Source of the DNA: Azolla caroliniana
Lineage: Eukaryota; Plantae; Polypodiophyta
Assembly: GCA_043228905.1 (NCBI GenBank)
Contig: JBHGNT010000006.1
Location: 2,790,001-2,854,000, forward strand
Direction of reading: 5' to 3'
DNA length: 64,000 nt
A program made the position numbers and the translations under genes. Under the pieces are notes generated by a model that saw only the letters and a list, made by a program, of their open reading frames with translations, was not told the origin of the DNA and ran no database searches. Positions within the stretch are counted from its first letter, which is position 1; the number at the start of each line of letters is the position of its first letter. This document shows positions 47,569 to 62,469 of the stretch, piece by piece.

Positions 47569-50373
47569 ACATTCTTTTCTCGGGTGGACCGACGTGGTTG
47601 TTATTGTGAACACTTTCACAGCTCTTGGTGTCCTCATGATAGGCACATCCAAACCATCATACTCATTGTTGGGTGAGTGATCCGATTTGTTCTCATTTGA
47701 GTCTTCGTACTCAGGCATTTTGGCCTTTTCTTTGTCTTGGTTCGGACTTGATCGTGACGAGCTTCCGTCGCTTAGAGGTTCCTATGGTCCACTCAACTTG
47801 GTAGAGATTGGACTTTCCTATGTTGTGAACCTTAGTAGATCATCGTCGTTCGAGTCTATATGGAAATAAGTTTTGATTGGATCAGATGGAGCTGGGTCGA
47901 TTGTGTACCAAGATGCCTATTCGTCGAATACGACGTCCCTACTCACTTGTACCTTCTTGGTAGAGGGGTTGAAGCACTTATACCCCTTTTGTTGAGCGAG
48001 CACCCTACGAGGACACATTTCTCTTACTTGGGATCGAGCTTTTGTCGCTTCTAGTTGGGAATATGTACAATTGTGATAGAGTTGAATATCTTGACATGGG
48101 ATAAGCCTGGGTTCTTTCCATAGAACTTCTCGTGGGGGTGACATCGTGCACTCCGAATGTTGTGCAACGATTCATTAGATAGATGGCCGTGTTCGCCGCT
48201 TCAGCCCAATATGATTTCGGTAGATGTTTCTCATTCAACATTGCCCTTGCCACCTCAAATATATGCCGGTTCTTTCGTTCGGCTACTCCATTTTACTGAG
48301 GTGTGTGTCGGTAGGTGAACTCCCGCCGAATTCCTTCTTGTCGAAGGTATGTTGTGAAGGCATAAGATAAATACTCCCTTCTATTGTCCGATCGAAGGCA
48401 TCGAATATGCCAACTAGTTGCCTTGTCAACTTCGTTTTTGAATTTTTGGAAGTGTCTGAACACTTCGCTCTTCTGCCGCATAGGGTAGATCCAGGTGTGC
48501 CTAGAGAAGTCGTCGATGAACGTCACATAGTATCGGCCTGAATGTTTCCGTTTGGGCTGGTCCCCATATATTTGAATATATTACATCTAGGATCCCTTTG
48601 CTCACGTTCCTCTCTTTCAGGAATGGTTGATGATGTTGTTTGCCGAAATGACTGGCTTTGCATACGCATGCAATCTCCTTTTCGGTAAACATCAGGAGTC
48701 CGATGACGACTCCTTTTGACTGCATTCCTTTGAGCTTCTGGATATGGATGTGGCCGACTCATTTGTGCTACAACTCTAGGTCAATGTTGGCTTTACGACC
48801 CTTGGCATACATTGCCAATTTCATCTCGTGGGAATCGAGGATGAACATTCGGCCTTCTCTTCGACTGCAAGAGATAATTCGGCCTTCCTTTTCATAAATC
48901 ACCTACTGTCGTTGAAGTGAACTTGCATGCCTTGTTCCACGATTTGGCCAAACCAAGACCAGATTCTTCATTATCGTTGGAACATGCAAGACGTTCTCAT
49001 GGGGTTTGGTTGCCCTCTTTGCCGAATGGGACATTACCGACATGCTAAATGGGGTGAATTGTGTCATCCCTAGTTTCCACATAACCAGGTCGTTTGGGCT
49101 TTCATAGCTCTCAAATCCAATCTTCATGAGACATCATGTGATTGGATGCACCCGAATCGACAAACCATACGTTTTCTGAGTTGGAGATGCTCGTCAGACA
49201 CGATGTTGTCATTGAAATCTCTCTATACCACATCATGAACATTCTACCATGTCGTCAAAGTCGGAATTTGAGGCATAGTGAGTAAGTTGTCGGCTTGTAA
49301 AGGCCGACTCACTCTTCTTTTTCCGACACTCTGCCTCATAGTGACCGGATTTTCCACAATACCCGCACTGGATAGAATTGTTTTGTCAGCTTGGTCCTGC
49401 ATGATTGCTCCCCCTTCTTCCAGACACTCCATCTTGCGCGTATGAAACGTCTTGCCGGTAGTAGAAGTTGTGTTCTCGGGGTTGCTCTTGGTTGTGTCGG
49501 CCTTGGCCGAATCGGCTCTTCTTCCACGACCTTGTCCTTTTTCTCCATCGAAATTTGAATATAGGATGTGTCCTTCTTGCGCATTGCTTATTGTTCGAAC
49601 ATGATTTTTTTCGACCAACAACATTTACTAGAGATCGAAGGAGGAGAGTTCTCCCTCGCGAGGATGACTGACCTTATTGTGCCAAACCGAGGTGCTAGGC
49701 CGCCGAGGCATATCTGCACCATTTCATCATCCTCGATGTTGATGTTGATGGACCCAAGGGTGTCACACAACTCCTTGACCTTTAAGGTGTAGTTGGCAAT
49801 CGACATGTCCCTCTATTGAATATTGTTCAACTCTTGATGGAGTTGATGCTTGCGTGTAGCCGTGTTTGCCGTAAAAATTCTCTTGAGGTTCCCCCACACC
49901 TCGTTCGGTGTTTTGGCCTCTCGGATGTAGCCAAACATGTGATCATGAACGCATGATGCAAGGTAGTACAACACACGACTCACTGCTTGCTCCCAAGCTG
50001 GGTAGTCAACATGTGTTGGGTTGGGTTGCGTTTCTTATGCTCCTTCAATATAACTCCAATAGCCTTGCCCGACAAGGTATTGGTGCATCTTGTACTCCTA
50101 AGATGCAAAGTTGTTTCTGTCAATTTTCTCAGTGGGAAGAGCACTTCCCATCTGAGTATTCATGCTGATTGAGTTGTATGGAACAAGTTTTCTTCTTCTT
50201 CGTCTTCTCTTGATAAAAACTATGCAAGTTGCAACTACATCGATCGACTAGTTCTTCTTCGTGGACATACCACACGTGGATGGGGTTGGATCAAGCTACC
50301 AATCGCTCTAATACCATGTAAAGAATCGGGAGTGATTCTGTGCAGCGGAAGGTGTGTGTATATGTGTAGTTGA

Positions 50374-50850
50374 GATAGATAGATAGATAGATTATATTAT
50401 CGTCTTCGGAGGTCAAATATGGCCTATGAGACCAAAAATATTACATTTCACGTGATATGTGTGAAGGTGAGTAGCGACTCTCGATGTTCAAGAACTTTAC
50501 CAATGAATGTTGCAATCGAGAGTGCACATCGTGGTTGTGAGTTGGGCTCGATCGAAGAGATGTGGAAAGCATGGTCGAATATGATCAAAGGCAGAGCATT
50601 GTATCAAAGTGTGATACTCAAACTCTCAAACTTGTTTAGGGCAAAGTGTGCATAGTCGGCCACTCTCATCACTTGTGCCCCAACGCCCCGTCTCACATCT
50701 CAATGCGTGCGAGCTAAGTCGCATGGATGCAATGGTTCAAATGGCAGATATCGGGATGGGCTCTAACATGCATCGATGTGTATGGCTTCCCCGTTCCGCG
50801 AAGAATATGGTTTTGTAGTTAGGTGCAACATTGTAGTATAATGTGTGAAG
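50374..50850 (-). mobile_element. Short 5'-truncated, more diverged RTEX-like LINE, copy D, inside the Copia 5' LTR
   Basis: (GATA)n tail at 50374-50392; reverse complement of the 3'UTR and CCHC region; 5' end runs into (GA)n at 50850. Confidence 0.92.
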
Positions 50851-50867
50851 AGAGAGAGAGGGAGAGA

Positions 50868-51906
<1,039 letters not shown>

Positions 51907-53202
51907 ACATAGTTATATAGAAAACAAGAAAAACTATATTAACATGAAAAAGAATGGACCAACTTTACAAAGAGGTGGAGTAAGGTGCTTATGTAGTCAC
52001 CTTCTCTCTATACAACCACCACTTACTAAAGAGAGGTGGAGACTTCACTACACTTAATATGTCATAGAACCTTTAAGGTTCTATGACACACTAGTTACTA
52101 TATTAGGAGGTGAGGTGTTCACACACTTGAGTATACTAAGGTGTGTTCCCACACTAGGGAACTTGAGTTTGATTCTCAACAGGTTACATGCCACCTATGC
52201 TAGTGTGAAAATGGTACACTTGGATATTGATGTTATAATGAAATTTAATCCACACTTAATTATTAACATCAATAATTAGCCAATCACATCAATTCTTCAA
52301 TGGGTAACATGCCACCTATGCTAGAGTGAAAATCGTACTCTTGGATATTGATAATTGTAAACAACATTTCATAACTCATTTTGGTTTAGAATGTTTTAAA
52401 AATATTGTTGTGAGATGAGCAAGGTCGATGCTATTGGAATCTATCAATGAGAATGTTGGGCAAAAAGTGATGATTATCTTGGAAGAAGATATAAATGAAG
52501 ATGAACTGAACGTGATCTTTTAGATATTTCTAATTATAAAATCCTAGCTTGGGAAGGAATTACAATGAATTTTTAAGTATTTTTAATTCTTTTGTTAACC
52601 TGGAAAATATCTTTGACATAGTTTGCACTACAAGGATGCCCATTGAGCCCATACCCATTATGATGTAGAACATGGTCAAATGTGGAGAAATTATAGGGCT
52701 TGCACTTCCATTAGGGAAACAATTGATAACTTAGGCATTGAAAAATACTTTGATAGTGTGGCAATGATCTAGATTCATATGTGTTCCTCCAAATTGAAGG
52801 TATGATCCATGTTCCAACTTCGTGGTATGGAACACTGATAGGGGACTCAATTTCGTCTCTCGTCTTTGGTAAGGGGTGGTCGGGTGGTCTAGCACACTTT
52901 CTTCCTTGTTATATCCTTTAATTTACTTAGCGTTAATTTAGATTCTTATTGTTGGTATTAGAGCATGATTAACTTTTTCTTGTCTTCACTTGCTTTTGTT
53001 TGCTTCATCTAATGTTGGTGAAACTAATGGAGTCCTCTTCTCAATCAAGGAGCAAACAGCTCAAGAACTTCAATATTCTCCATTTTTCTCTTCTTCTTTT
53101 CTTCATCACCTTTGCTTCTCTTTATTCTCTCTCCTAAGTTCGTATTGTGATAATTGGTTTATATGTGTGTGTGAATTTGGCGTTTATGTCCCATGACAAG
53201 TC

Positions 53203-55084
53203 GCATGTGAGCTAAGTCGCATGGAAGCAATGGTTCGAATGGCAGATAACGGTATGGGCTCTAACATGTATGGATGTGTATGATTTCCCCGTTCCGCAAA
53301 GAATATGGTTTTGTAGTTAGGTGCAACATGTGTAGTATAATGTGTGAAGCGTGAGCCTCCACATTTGTCCCATGTCATGATACATTGGCGTTGCAAAAAT
53401 GCCTCATTTACAGAGGAATCTAATGATGCATCATGAAGCAAGTGTCTCGCATCCCATCTACCAAACCATTTTTCTATATCTTGCATCCAACCGGAACACA
53501 AAATTTTGCTTTTATGCGTCTTTTGGATCTTTTTGCTTGCTTCCCACGCAATTCTAGGAAGTCGATGTGAGGGACTTTTTTGAACCTTAAGCATGTATTC
53601 AACAACCCTTTCCATGGCCATGATCTCAATGGGAAGCGATCCCGTCTCAAGGAGGAGGAGGGTGTAGGGCGTTTGTTTCTTAACTTGTAGAAACTTGGTA
53701 AGAAAATGCTTTTGGACATTTTCAAACTCTTTCCACATAGACTTAGGGATGCTACCGCCCCATACTTCCACCCCATAGAGAAGAACTGGTGTCACCAAAG
53801 TGTCAAAAAGATATTTCTTGAGGACCCAACACTTAATATCTCCAAGATTGCATATGTTCTCAAATGCATAGTATGCTCGTTTGCCCGCCTCTAAGCGGCG
53901 TGTAGCACATTCATTCCATCTATGATTTGAAGGAACTTCAAGGCCAAGATATTTGAAGCTTTCCACACATTCAAGTGGCTCATTGTTGTACATAATGCAT
54001 GGTTTATCTCTTTTTTGGCTCTTCACAAGCATAATCTTTGTTTTAGAGCTATTGACACTTAATTTAGTATGCATGCAAAATTTTTCCAATGCCTTCATAA
54101 GCTTTTGTGCATCTCCTAAAGTATTTGCAAAAAGCACTACGTCATCTGCATATAGCAAAAGCATAATCACAACATTCCCAATGGCAACTTCTTCAACACA
54201 TTCTTCCTTTGCAAACTTGGTAACCATTTCTTCCAATTCATCAATGCATAGACCAAATAGTGTTGGTGAGAGTGGGCATCCTTGCTTAACACCAATAGTG
54301 CTTTTGAAAAAATCTGAAAGTTTATCTCTCATGCACACACAACATATAACCTTCTCATAAATTCGGGAAATTGCAAGCATATATTCACTTGGCACCTCAA
54401 GTTCTTCCATTCGCCTCCAAAGATGCTCACGAGGTACCATATCAAAAGCTTTCTTGAAGTCTACAAAGCAACAATATAAACCTTTACCTCTAAGGCGACT
54501 TTCCTCCATTAATACTCGAAGGGTGATAAGGTGATCAATGGTGCTATGGTGTTTCCGAAAGCCAGCTTGTCCATAAGCTCTCTTACCACTTTTTTCAGCC
54601 CATACACTTATCTTTGATTCCATTATACATCCAAATAGTTTTGCTATTAATGAGCCAACCATGATGGTTCGATAGTTGTTTACATTATTTATATCTCCAC
54701 CTTTATGTAAAGGTTTGATCCAATTTGTAGTCCAATCGTACGGCATACCATGTTGCAATGCATCATTAAACATATCGCTTATCCATATATGTGCTTCCTT
54801 TCCCGTCCATTTGAGCATTTCAGCCTTTATACATTGAAGATCGCTTGCCTTTCGAGAGGCCAATTTCTTAAGTCCTATGCATATATCTTCAATTGTAAAG
54901 AAGGAAGGCATATGTGAAAGAGAACCATAACACATCATCTTTCCGGCAAGAGATAACTCATATAAATTCTTACAATGCATAGACAAGTCGTGAAGAGTTA
55001 AGTCACCATAACTCTCAACACGTTTTCCCTTTAGATTTCCCCAAAATTTAGCACATGCATGTGCTTTCTCTTGCGTTTTCCCTT

Positions 55085-55088
<4 letters not shown>
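53203..55088 (-). mobile_element. RTEX-like LINE, copy E, 5'-truncated and 3'-deleted
   Basis: ORF 53184-54986 is nearly identical to the ORF2 RT region; the 5' end abuts (GA)22 at 55087-55130; CCHC region and tail are absent. Confidence 0.95.
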
Positions 55089-55132
<44 letters not shown>

Positions 55133-55799
55133 CATATAGATGGATTGAGTTTTAACATCCTTACGACTAAGTGGTTATGACCATTACCAAGCCAAATCTT
55201 GTTGCACAATTAACCTAAGGTTTGGGTTTTTTAATATAAACATGCATTTGTGATCAAATGTAAGAGAGAGAGATACATATAGATGGGCAGATAGAGTTTT
55301 AACATCCACAAGAGACCAATTGTGATTTATGAGAAGGGTCCAGTCATGAGAAGGATCAAACTCGGGATCTCTCAAATTTATGACTTTGATGCTATGTTTG
55401 AAGCATCAAGCCAATATCTAGCCAATGGCCACATGCGCAGAAAGACAATGATGCTCTAACATAAGTCTAGAATGCAAAAGAACTAAAAAGTCCTAATTAA
55501 AATTATTTTGAAAGTTTATATCCCTTTTTTCTAGATCTTAACAATCAGCTTAAATAAGTACCTTGGTGTAGAGTAAAACCATTCCACCTTATCATAAAGC
55601 CGTCCATAAAATATAAATATACCTATGTCCTAGATGGCATGAAACTCCAATCGCTTAAGCTCTGGTTGTTGCATATTACCTTTTATATTATCCAAAAATC
55701 CTCTGAGATTATGCACAATCTCCATCCAAAAAACCTTTGAGATTTAGACAGAAATGTTGTCCACACACCTATAGACTGTGTTGGTCCACGATCTAATTC

Positions 55800-56404
55800 T
55801 GCCAATGCACATCTAGTACGCCTTCCCACCATTTGTCCCCTCTGGTCAATCAACCAAGCATTCCAAATTAGGGGTTGCTTGTGTCACAAAATGTCAATAT
55901 TAGGATCAAGCTTTGCAATTGTCCTAATGTAGAAAAACTCCAACATGACATAATGTACCAGTCGCTAGACAACAGAACTTGATGAACTACTATCACTCTA
56001 CCTACAAATGATACTTTAGCTTTACTCCAAAACAACAGTTTTTTCCTTATTTTCCATAGCAAAGAAGCAACCTAAATTTCTAAAGGAATATTCAAGCCAA
56101 CTTGGCATCCTAAATATCTAACTAAGGTACCCTTGGGAATCCATCGAAAATCTGGATAAGGACTCGATTGTGGTATGGAATTCGAGGACACCCAAAAACC
56201 CACTGATTTATTCCAATTAATTGATGCACCTAAAGCCATACAAAATGGTTGCATTGTTGAGCACATTCTATGCAGATTATTAATTTGACCATCTAGATAC
56301 AAACGTGTATCATCATCAAATTCTACATCGACAACATTTGTCCCATCAAGGGGCATTGTTATTCCTTTCAATCCAACATCCTCAGTAGTCAAAAACAAAC
56401 TCAT
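55800..56404 (-). mobile_element. L1 RT C-terminal fragment, host of the Gypsy insertion
   Basis: GLKGITMP...EFDDDTRLYL...GASINWNKS...RYLG...VGRVIVVHQVLLS. Confidence 0.8.
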
Positions 56405-56805
56405 TGTCACGAACGGGTGGTTGAGGCTAAATACTAAGAGAGAGCAAGCGTATAAGCAAGAGAACAAGATTGTCAGTGACAAGTAGACGAGGCTCAATAC
56501 TAAGAGATAGCGGGAGAGAGAGCATAGACAAGAGAACAAGCAAGAGAGAGAGAGAAAATAGATAAAAGAACAAGAACTGAATTATGCTTTTGTAATTGGT
56601 GTTGTTCACCTTGATTTTAATCAAGGTGCACCCAAATATTTATACAAGAATGTGGAGGTATGCATGAAAGCTAGAGAACTTCTAGAGAGTGCATGGGAAC
56701 TTCCAGAGAGTGCATGAAGATGCATTCTCTAGAAGTTTCTTGAAAGTTCTAGTGATCAATCTACAATGTAATAAGTTGAATCTTATACAATACAATAATG
56801 CATAG

Positions 56806-56876
56806 ATGGATGTAGCTCAACTGGTAAGGTTGCCCAATAAGACTAGAAGGTCATGGGTTCAACCCCCGCAATTTCA
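56806..56876 (+). promoter_or_regulatory. tRNA-derived Pol III promoter-like module (A box and B box) within the LTR
   Basis: TAGCTCAACTGG (56813-56824), AGGTC variable-loop-like motif, GGTTCAACCCC (56856-56866) with T-stem TGGG/CCCG; no intact anticodon or acceptor stem. Confidence 0.6.
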
Positions 56877-57588
56877 TGTGGCATCCTCTCTATGACATTA
56901 TCCTCCCTCTAAGGCCACCTCCTCTATGGATAGCATTCATGAAGTGCTCATGAAATGCTCAAACTATGTCCGGGGCATGCTTGAGATGGTGTGTCAGCTC
57001 CTACGTTGCTTCAGAAATCGGGTACCCTTTCCAGAGGACAAGGTATTGAAGGTGGCGACGGAAGAGACGAGAGTCAAAAATTTGGTCGACCTCAAATTCT
57101 TCTCCGGTCGAGAGTTGGATTGGTGGTGGAGGAGAAGGGTGTCGATCGGGGATTCTAGATATATGGTGAGGTTCCAGAAGGGAGACATGGAATACATTCT
57201 TTGGACAAGGACGAGTGGTGGTAACATTGCGATGAAGAACCCAAACAAAGTCCCCTACCTCGAACCGGGAAACATCTAAGTGAAGACGGACAACTTGCTC
57301 CTTGTAGCGTTCGCTAGTGAGGGTGAGCTCGAAGGAAAGGTCACAATGTACATCCTCCAAAAGACTTGCTCAGTCCTCCGCAGAAGGATTGACAGAGTCA
57401 GACGGAAGCGAAATGTTGAAGCGGGGGTGGAGACTCTCATCGTAGTTTGCGAAAAATGGAGTAACTCCCGTAGATGCATGTAGAGAGTTGTTGTAGGCGA
57501 ACTCGGCAAGTGGAAGAAGTCAACCCAATTGTCTTGTTGGTAGCTAAGAGAGCACCTCAAGTATTATTCTAGGATTTGGTTAACCCTC

Positions 57589-58854
57589 TGTTGTGAAGAT
57601 TTCCGGCTTTGGTGTGAAACCGGGATGGAATGGGCAAGTCGGCAATGTGCAACATGTGCACGTGTATAGTAGGAAAAGGGTGTATAGAATAAGGGGGAGG
57701 ATTTATCCCACATTGTAACGTCCCTCCCTCCTTGGGCTATAAAAGGAAGGGAGGGTCCCTTGCAAAAGGGTTGCCCATTTTGAGTTAGGAGGGTATACTA
57801 TTAGGTCCAAGGTATGATAATCTTTCTGTTGAGAGATCAAGCTCAACTTAATTTAGTTAGTTAGTCAACACATGTAACTTAGTAGTTACCTAGATAGAAT
57901 CTAGTTAGTGTGTTGACCATAAATCCTTAAATAGGATTTTGTACTCGAGTGGGATACATTGTAGATCCACCACTCCATGCTCATTTAATATTGGACTTAC
58001 ACGTTGTACCTATATTCTCCTAGCACATGTGCACCCTTGCACATGAAACCTATATATACCTCATTGAAGGTATTTTTGTATTTGATGATAGTTGATGATA
58101 TTTACCTTTTAATATACTTTATCATCCCCCATCTTGTTTTTGTGTTCATAAGTGTACTTCTCTCTCTCTTCCTCTCACGCACACATACACGCACATATCA
58201 CTTAATCTTCCACTACGTAATCGCTTAACTTAATCACATAATTAGGTAATAATTATTCCTTAATTAATTACCTAATCCTTAACACTTTCTTCTTCTTACT
58301 TTCTTGTTTTCTATTAGGGTTCTTCGGGTTCTTCTTCTTCTTCGTTGTCGTGTGGGTTGAGTCTTTGTGTTTGTTTAGGGTTTAGTCCGGTTAGGATCTC
58401 GTATGTCTAAAGGGGTTTAGGCTTCTGCCCTATCTCCTGTGCAAGACCCCCCTCGGCGTGACGAGCCCGAGAGCTCCCCGATCGATGGCTTGGCAGTAGA
58501 CTTCTATTGTAACCTAACCTACCTTGGTCCGGCTCGAAGCCAGGGTTGTATCTTACTCTTGTACATATATAGTGAAGTTATGTGCATCTGTGTTTGTGTC
58601 TGCGTCTACGAAGTTTCTTCTTTCCTTTTCTGTATATAAGTAGCGTGCGTTGAGTCGGTGTTGCACGTATTCTCTCTCTCTCTCCCTCTCTCGTGTTCGA
58701 TAGCCTCTGGTACGTGTCAGGAATCGTTCCAGTTTGCACCACAGCTGGTGCAACCGGGACCGGAGAGGGTCGGTCTCCCGACATCCATCTCTTCCTCATC
58801 CGAGACCCCCGTGGTCCCACCCCTTTCGACACATACTCGCGGATTACCGTGACA
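57589..58854 (+). mobile_element. Solo LTR inserted in the Gypsy integrase
   Basis: TGTTGTG...CGTGACA termini; flanks CCTC and CCGC; excision with a 4-bp TSD restores GQMERVNQIL. Confidence 0.88.
57827..58284 (+). mobile_element. Solo LTR (458 bp) nested in the previous solo LTR
   Basis: TGTTGAG...CTTAACA termini; perfect TSD CTTTC (57822-57826, 58285-58289). Confidence 0.88.
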
Positions 58855-61800
58855 CCGCTCCATTTGTCCATTGGTTTGCGGATAATAGGCGGAAGACAGA
58901 TTCACATTACAACCAAAGGTTTGCAGAAGGTGCCACCAGAAATTGGAAACAAATTGTGGTCCTCGATCAGAAGTGATATCATCCGGGAGTTCATGTAGTC
59001 GAACCAAAGTTTTGAAAAACAAATCGGCTGTCTCCTCTTCGGTCATGGTCTTGGCACATGGAGCAAAATGAGTCATCTTGGTGAAGCAATCGACCAAGAC
59101 GAGTACCGAGTCATAGTCACCAACAAAGGGAAGGTCAGTGATGAAATCCATGGAAAGAGAGGCCGAAAGCCGTTTGGGGATTGGGAGAGGGTGAAGGAGA
59201 CCATATGGTCAATGATGAGATGCTTTAGAGCGAGCACAAACGTCGCATGACTTAACAAACTCTTTGACCAATTTCCATGGTTGTAGCCACTAGTACCCCT
59301 GAGATATCAACTCCAAGGTTTTCACAACGCCAAAATGACCAACAAGTGGATCATCGTGACACTCGTGGAGCACCCTGGTCTGATGCGGACCTTCTGGAAC
59401 ATACAAAAGATTATCTCGAAACAAATGATTATCCTGAATTGTAAAACAAGCTAAATCGGGCCTTTTGGGTTCATGGGAGGGGTTTGTGATACTTGCCTTG
59501 AACTCTATGGCAAACTTGTCAGTCGTAGTAGCTTCTGTTATTTGCTTGAGCAAAGAGTCATCTTGAAGCAAGCAAGTCGCGAAGTTGTAGAATTGGTTAG
59601 GCTTTAACAAACTTTCAGACTGCTGGACATAGGCTTCATCCTCCGGAGTGGGCTCGAACTCAGACCTACGGTATAAGACATCGGCCGTCGTGTGTTGAGT
59701 GTCGGGGCAAAAGATTATCTCAAAATCATAGTTTGCCAAGAAAGTTGATTGTCGCACATGTCTATAATTTAAAATTTATGTGGTAGAAAAGTATATTAGA
59801 TTTTTGTGATCGGTAATTACTTGGATACAGTGTTGCACCCCGGCTAAATAGGGTCTCCATTCTTCAAAAGCAGCAATAATAGCGAGAAGCTCCTTGTCAT
59901 ATATGGGGTAGTTTATTTCTGCGGCCGTGAATTTGCGGGAGTAGTAAGCCATCGGGTGAAGCACACCGACCTCATCTGGCTGGGTGAGGATCGCCCCAAT
60001 GGCGAAATCGGAAGCATCTGTTTCAACTTGGAAAGGCTTAGTGGGGTCAAGATGTAAAAGGACCGGTGCCATAGTAAAGTCTTGTTTCAGCAAGTCGAAC
60101 GCCTTTTGTGCAACTGTTGTGCATTCGAAAGTAGCATCCTTGCAAGTAAGAGCAAGGTTGTGCAATCACTGAGAATCCGTTGATGAAGTGACGATGCGAC
60201 GATTAAAATTGGCAAAACCAAGGAATGATTGCACATCTTGTACCCAAGTTGGGGTAGCCCACTCTTGGATAGTCTTGACTTTCCGTATGTCCATTGTGAT
60301 TCCCTGTGTCGAGATGACATACCCAAGAAACTCTAAAGTACGATCAAATTCATATTTTTCACTTTTAGCATAGAATCCATGCTCGCGAAGTTTGGCGAGG
60401 ACTAACTTGACATGTCGAGTATGCTCCTTGATGTTCAAAGAGAAGACCAAGATATCATCTAGATAGATCACAACAAAGTGATCTAGATATTCTCGGAAGA
60501 TGTCATTCATCATATGTTGAAATACTGCAAGAGCATTAGTGAGGCCGAAAGGCATTACCTTACACTCGAAATGACTGTAGCGCATTCTAAAGGAGGTTTT
60601 CCATTCATCTCCAGGTTTGATCTGTACCAGATTGTATGCTCCCAGTAGGTCAATCTTAGAGAATATCTGCCCAGTTCGGAGTCGATCCAACAACTTTGGG
60701 ATGAGAGGCAGTGGGTAGCGGTTGTGAACAGTAATCTTGTTTAGACCCCGATAGTTGATGCAGAGGCATAAGGAGCCATCTTTCTTTTTCACGAACAAAA
60801 TAGGAGCTCCTACTGGTGATTTTGAGGGTTGAATAAAACCCTTTTCGAGGTTCTCGCCGAGATAAGTTCGGAGTGCCTAGAGTTCTAGTTCCGACAACCC
60901 ATAAATTGGGTCGAAGGGAGGACTGGCACCTTCTTGCAGATTGATCGGACAGTCGTAGGGTCGATGCTCAGGCAAGCGATCAACATTCTTTTTCTCAAAC
61001 ACATCCGTGAAGTCTTCATACTTGGACGGTAGTGAGTCGATAGCTGTCCTCATTGGATTGCTCGACTTAGAGGCACTATGCACTATTTTCCTTCTTGTGA
61101 CTGGGACGTGAGCATCCACCTTGGAGCTAATTCCTGTTTTAATGGGAGGGTGAGTGCCTGAAACCGATTCGTGTCATATTGTTGCTGCACCATGAGATAT
61201 TACTTGCACCTCTGAGCTAGTTTGGGAGAAAGTAATCGAGTGATTGCGCCAATCGACAAGTGAATTCTGTGCCTTTAGCCAAGAAAAACCAAGGATGACC
61301 GAATGTCGCAGTGAAGTGATAACATAAAACGTTAAGACCTCCTGGTGGTCCCCGAGCTGTAAGATAAGTGGGACAGTGGCTTCGATGACTGCTCCAGAAG
61401 AAAGCATGTGTCCATCGATAGATTCCACTAGGATTGGCTTGGACAATCGAACAATCGGAAATTTATGTTTACGAACGAACCTTTCATCCATAAAACATGT
61501 TGTTGCCTAGGAATCGAGAAGTGCTAAGGACCTAATTGAAATTGACTTGAAATGGATGCTTACCAGAAAGGAGAAATCTTCTATCGATGTAGCCAAACTA
61601 TGGGAGTGACACGAATGTAGATTGTCCAACCACATGGCTCCTACGGTTGGACACCGTCGTTTTCCGGTTGTTGGGGACGTCTGATCGTATTGTTTGTAGA
61701 TATTTATCGTTAATGATTCTTGATTGGACCAAAATGAATTAGATGGGTGGATCCACCACAATATAAACATAGTCAGTTGGCTCGGCGATACCTCTGTTCA

Positions 61801-62469
61801 ACCACAGTGTGTGGTGGGGCTCAAGCTCGGTCAATTTCCATCAGCACAGGGTCATCGTACGATGATGATGGAGGAGATATCAAAGAGGGTTTCCACCTTG
61901 AACAACCGATTGTCACAACTAATTGCTTGCGTGATGGCTTGTGACGATGACGTAGGCTCCGGAAATTTGAATAGTAAATTTTTAATCTCGCTTCAAAGGC
62001 CCCGACGAAAATGGTCGCAGAGCGCTTGGCCATCCCACTGAACATCTCAATGCTAATTGTCTAAATTCAGAGGCATAAAAGGATACCGAACGCATACCTT
62101 GATGTAATGAATAGAGTTTGGTAATGGCAGTTCGGCATCGGTCTATATCCCCAAATGTTGCCTAGAACTCTGCCAGGAAGGCAAGAAAATTTTGTAGAAG
62201 TGATGATGAAGTTTCGACCAACAGTGCAAACCAGGCTTGTGCAGCTCTTGAGAGAAGGGTCCCGATAAGACCAACTTGACGAAAATCATTCGCATACCGT
62301 TGAGGCTGTAGTTGGATAATAAGTTTGATTTGATTTATGAATCCTCGGGAGTGCTTCCTCGTGCCATCGAACTTGTCAAATAAACCAAACTTGGGCTCCA
62401 TACTTGTAGTGGGATGTGTAAAGAATAGCGCGGAATATTGCTCGGCCACAACCGAGTCTTGAAACACTT

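Larger units (their letters stand above)
56405..62469 (-). mobile_element. Degenerate chromovirus Gypsy (Tcn1/Tf2-like); 5' end lies beyond a Copia insertion
   Basis: 3' LTR 56405-56897 (TGTCAC..TGACA) with PPT at 56898-56912; chromodomain EEFEVDQIFDSR..LQYLVLWKGYP; integrase MDFITDLP, SDRGPQF; RNase [11 protein letters not shown]; [21 protein letters not shown]; protease ALLDS; gag DKFDGTR. Confidence 0.93.

Noticed and set aside
52953-52964. TGGTATTAGAGC PBS-like motif
   Set aside because: No CA-ending LTR immediately before it and no gag after it; at most a remnant.
55330-55376. B-box-like sequence on the minus strand (also ~5555) as a SINE
   Set aside because: No matching A box, tail or TSD.
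56806-56876. Functional tRNA gene
   Set aside because: D, anticodon and acceptor stems do not pair; kept only as a promoter-like module.
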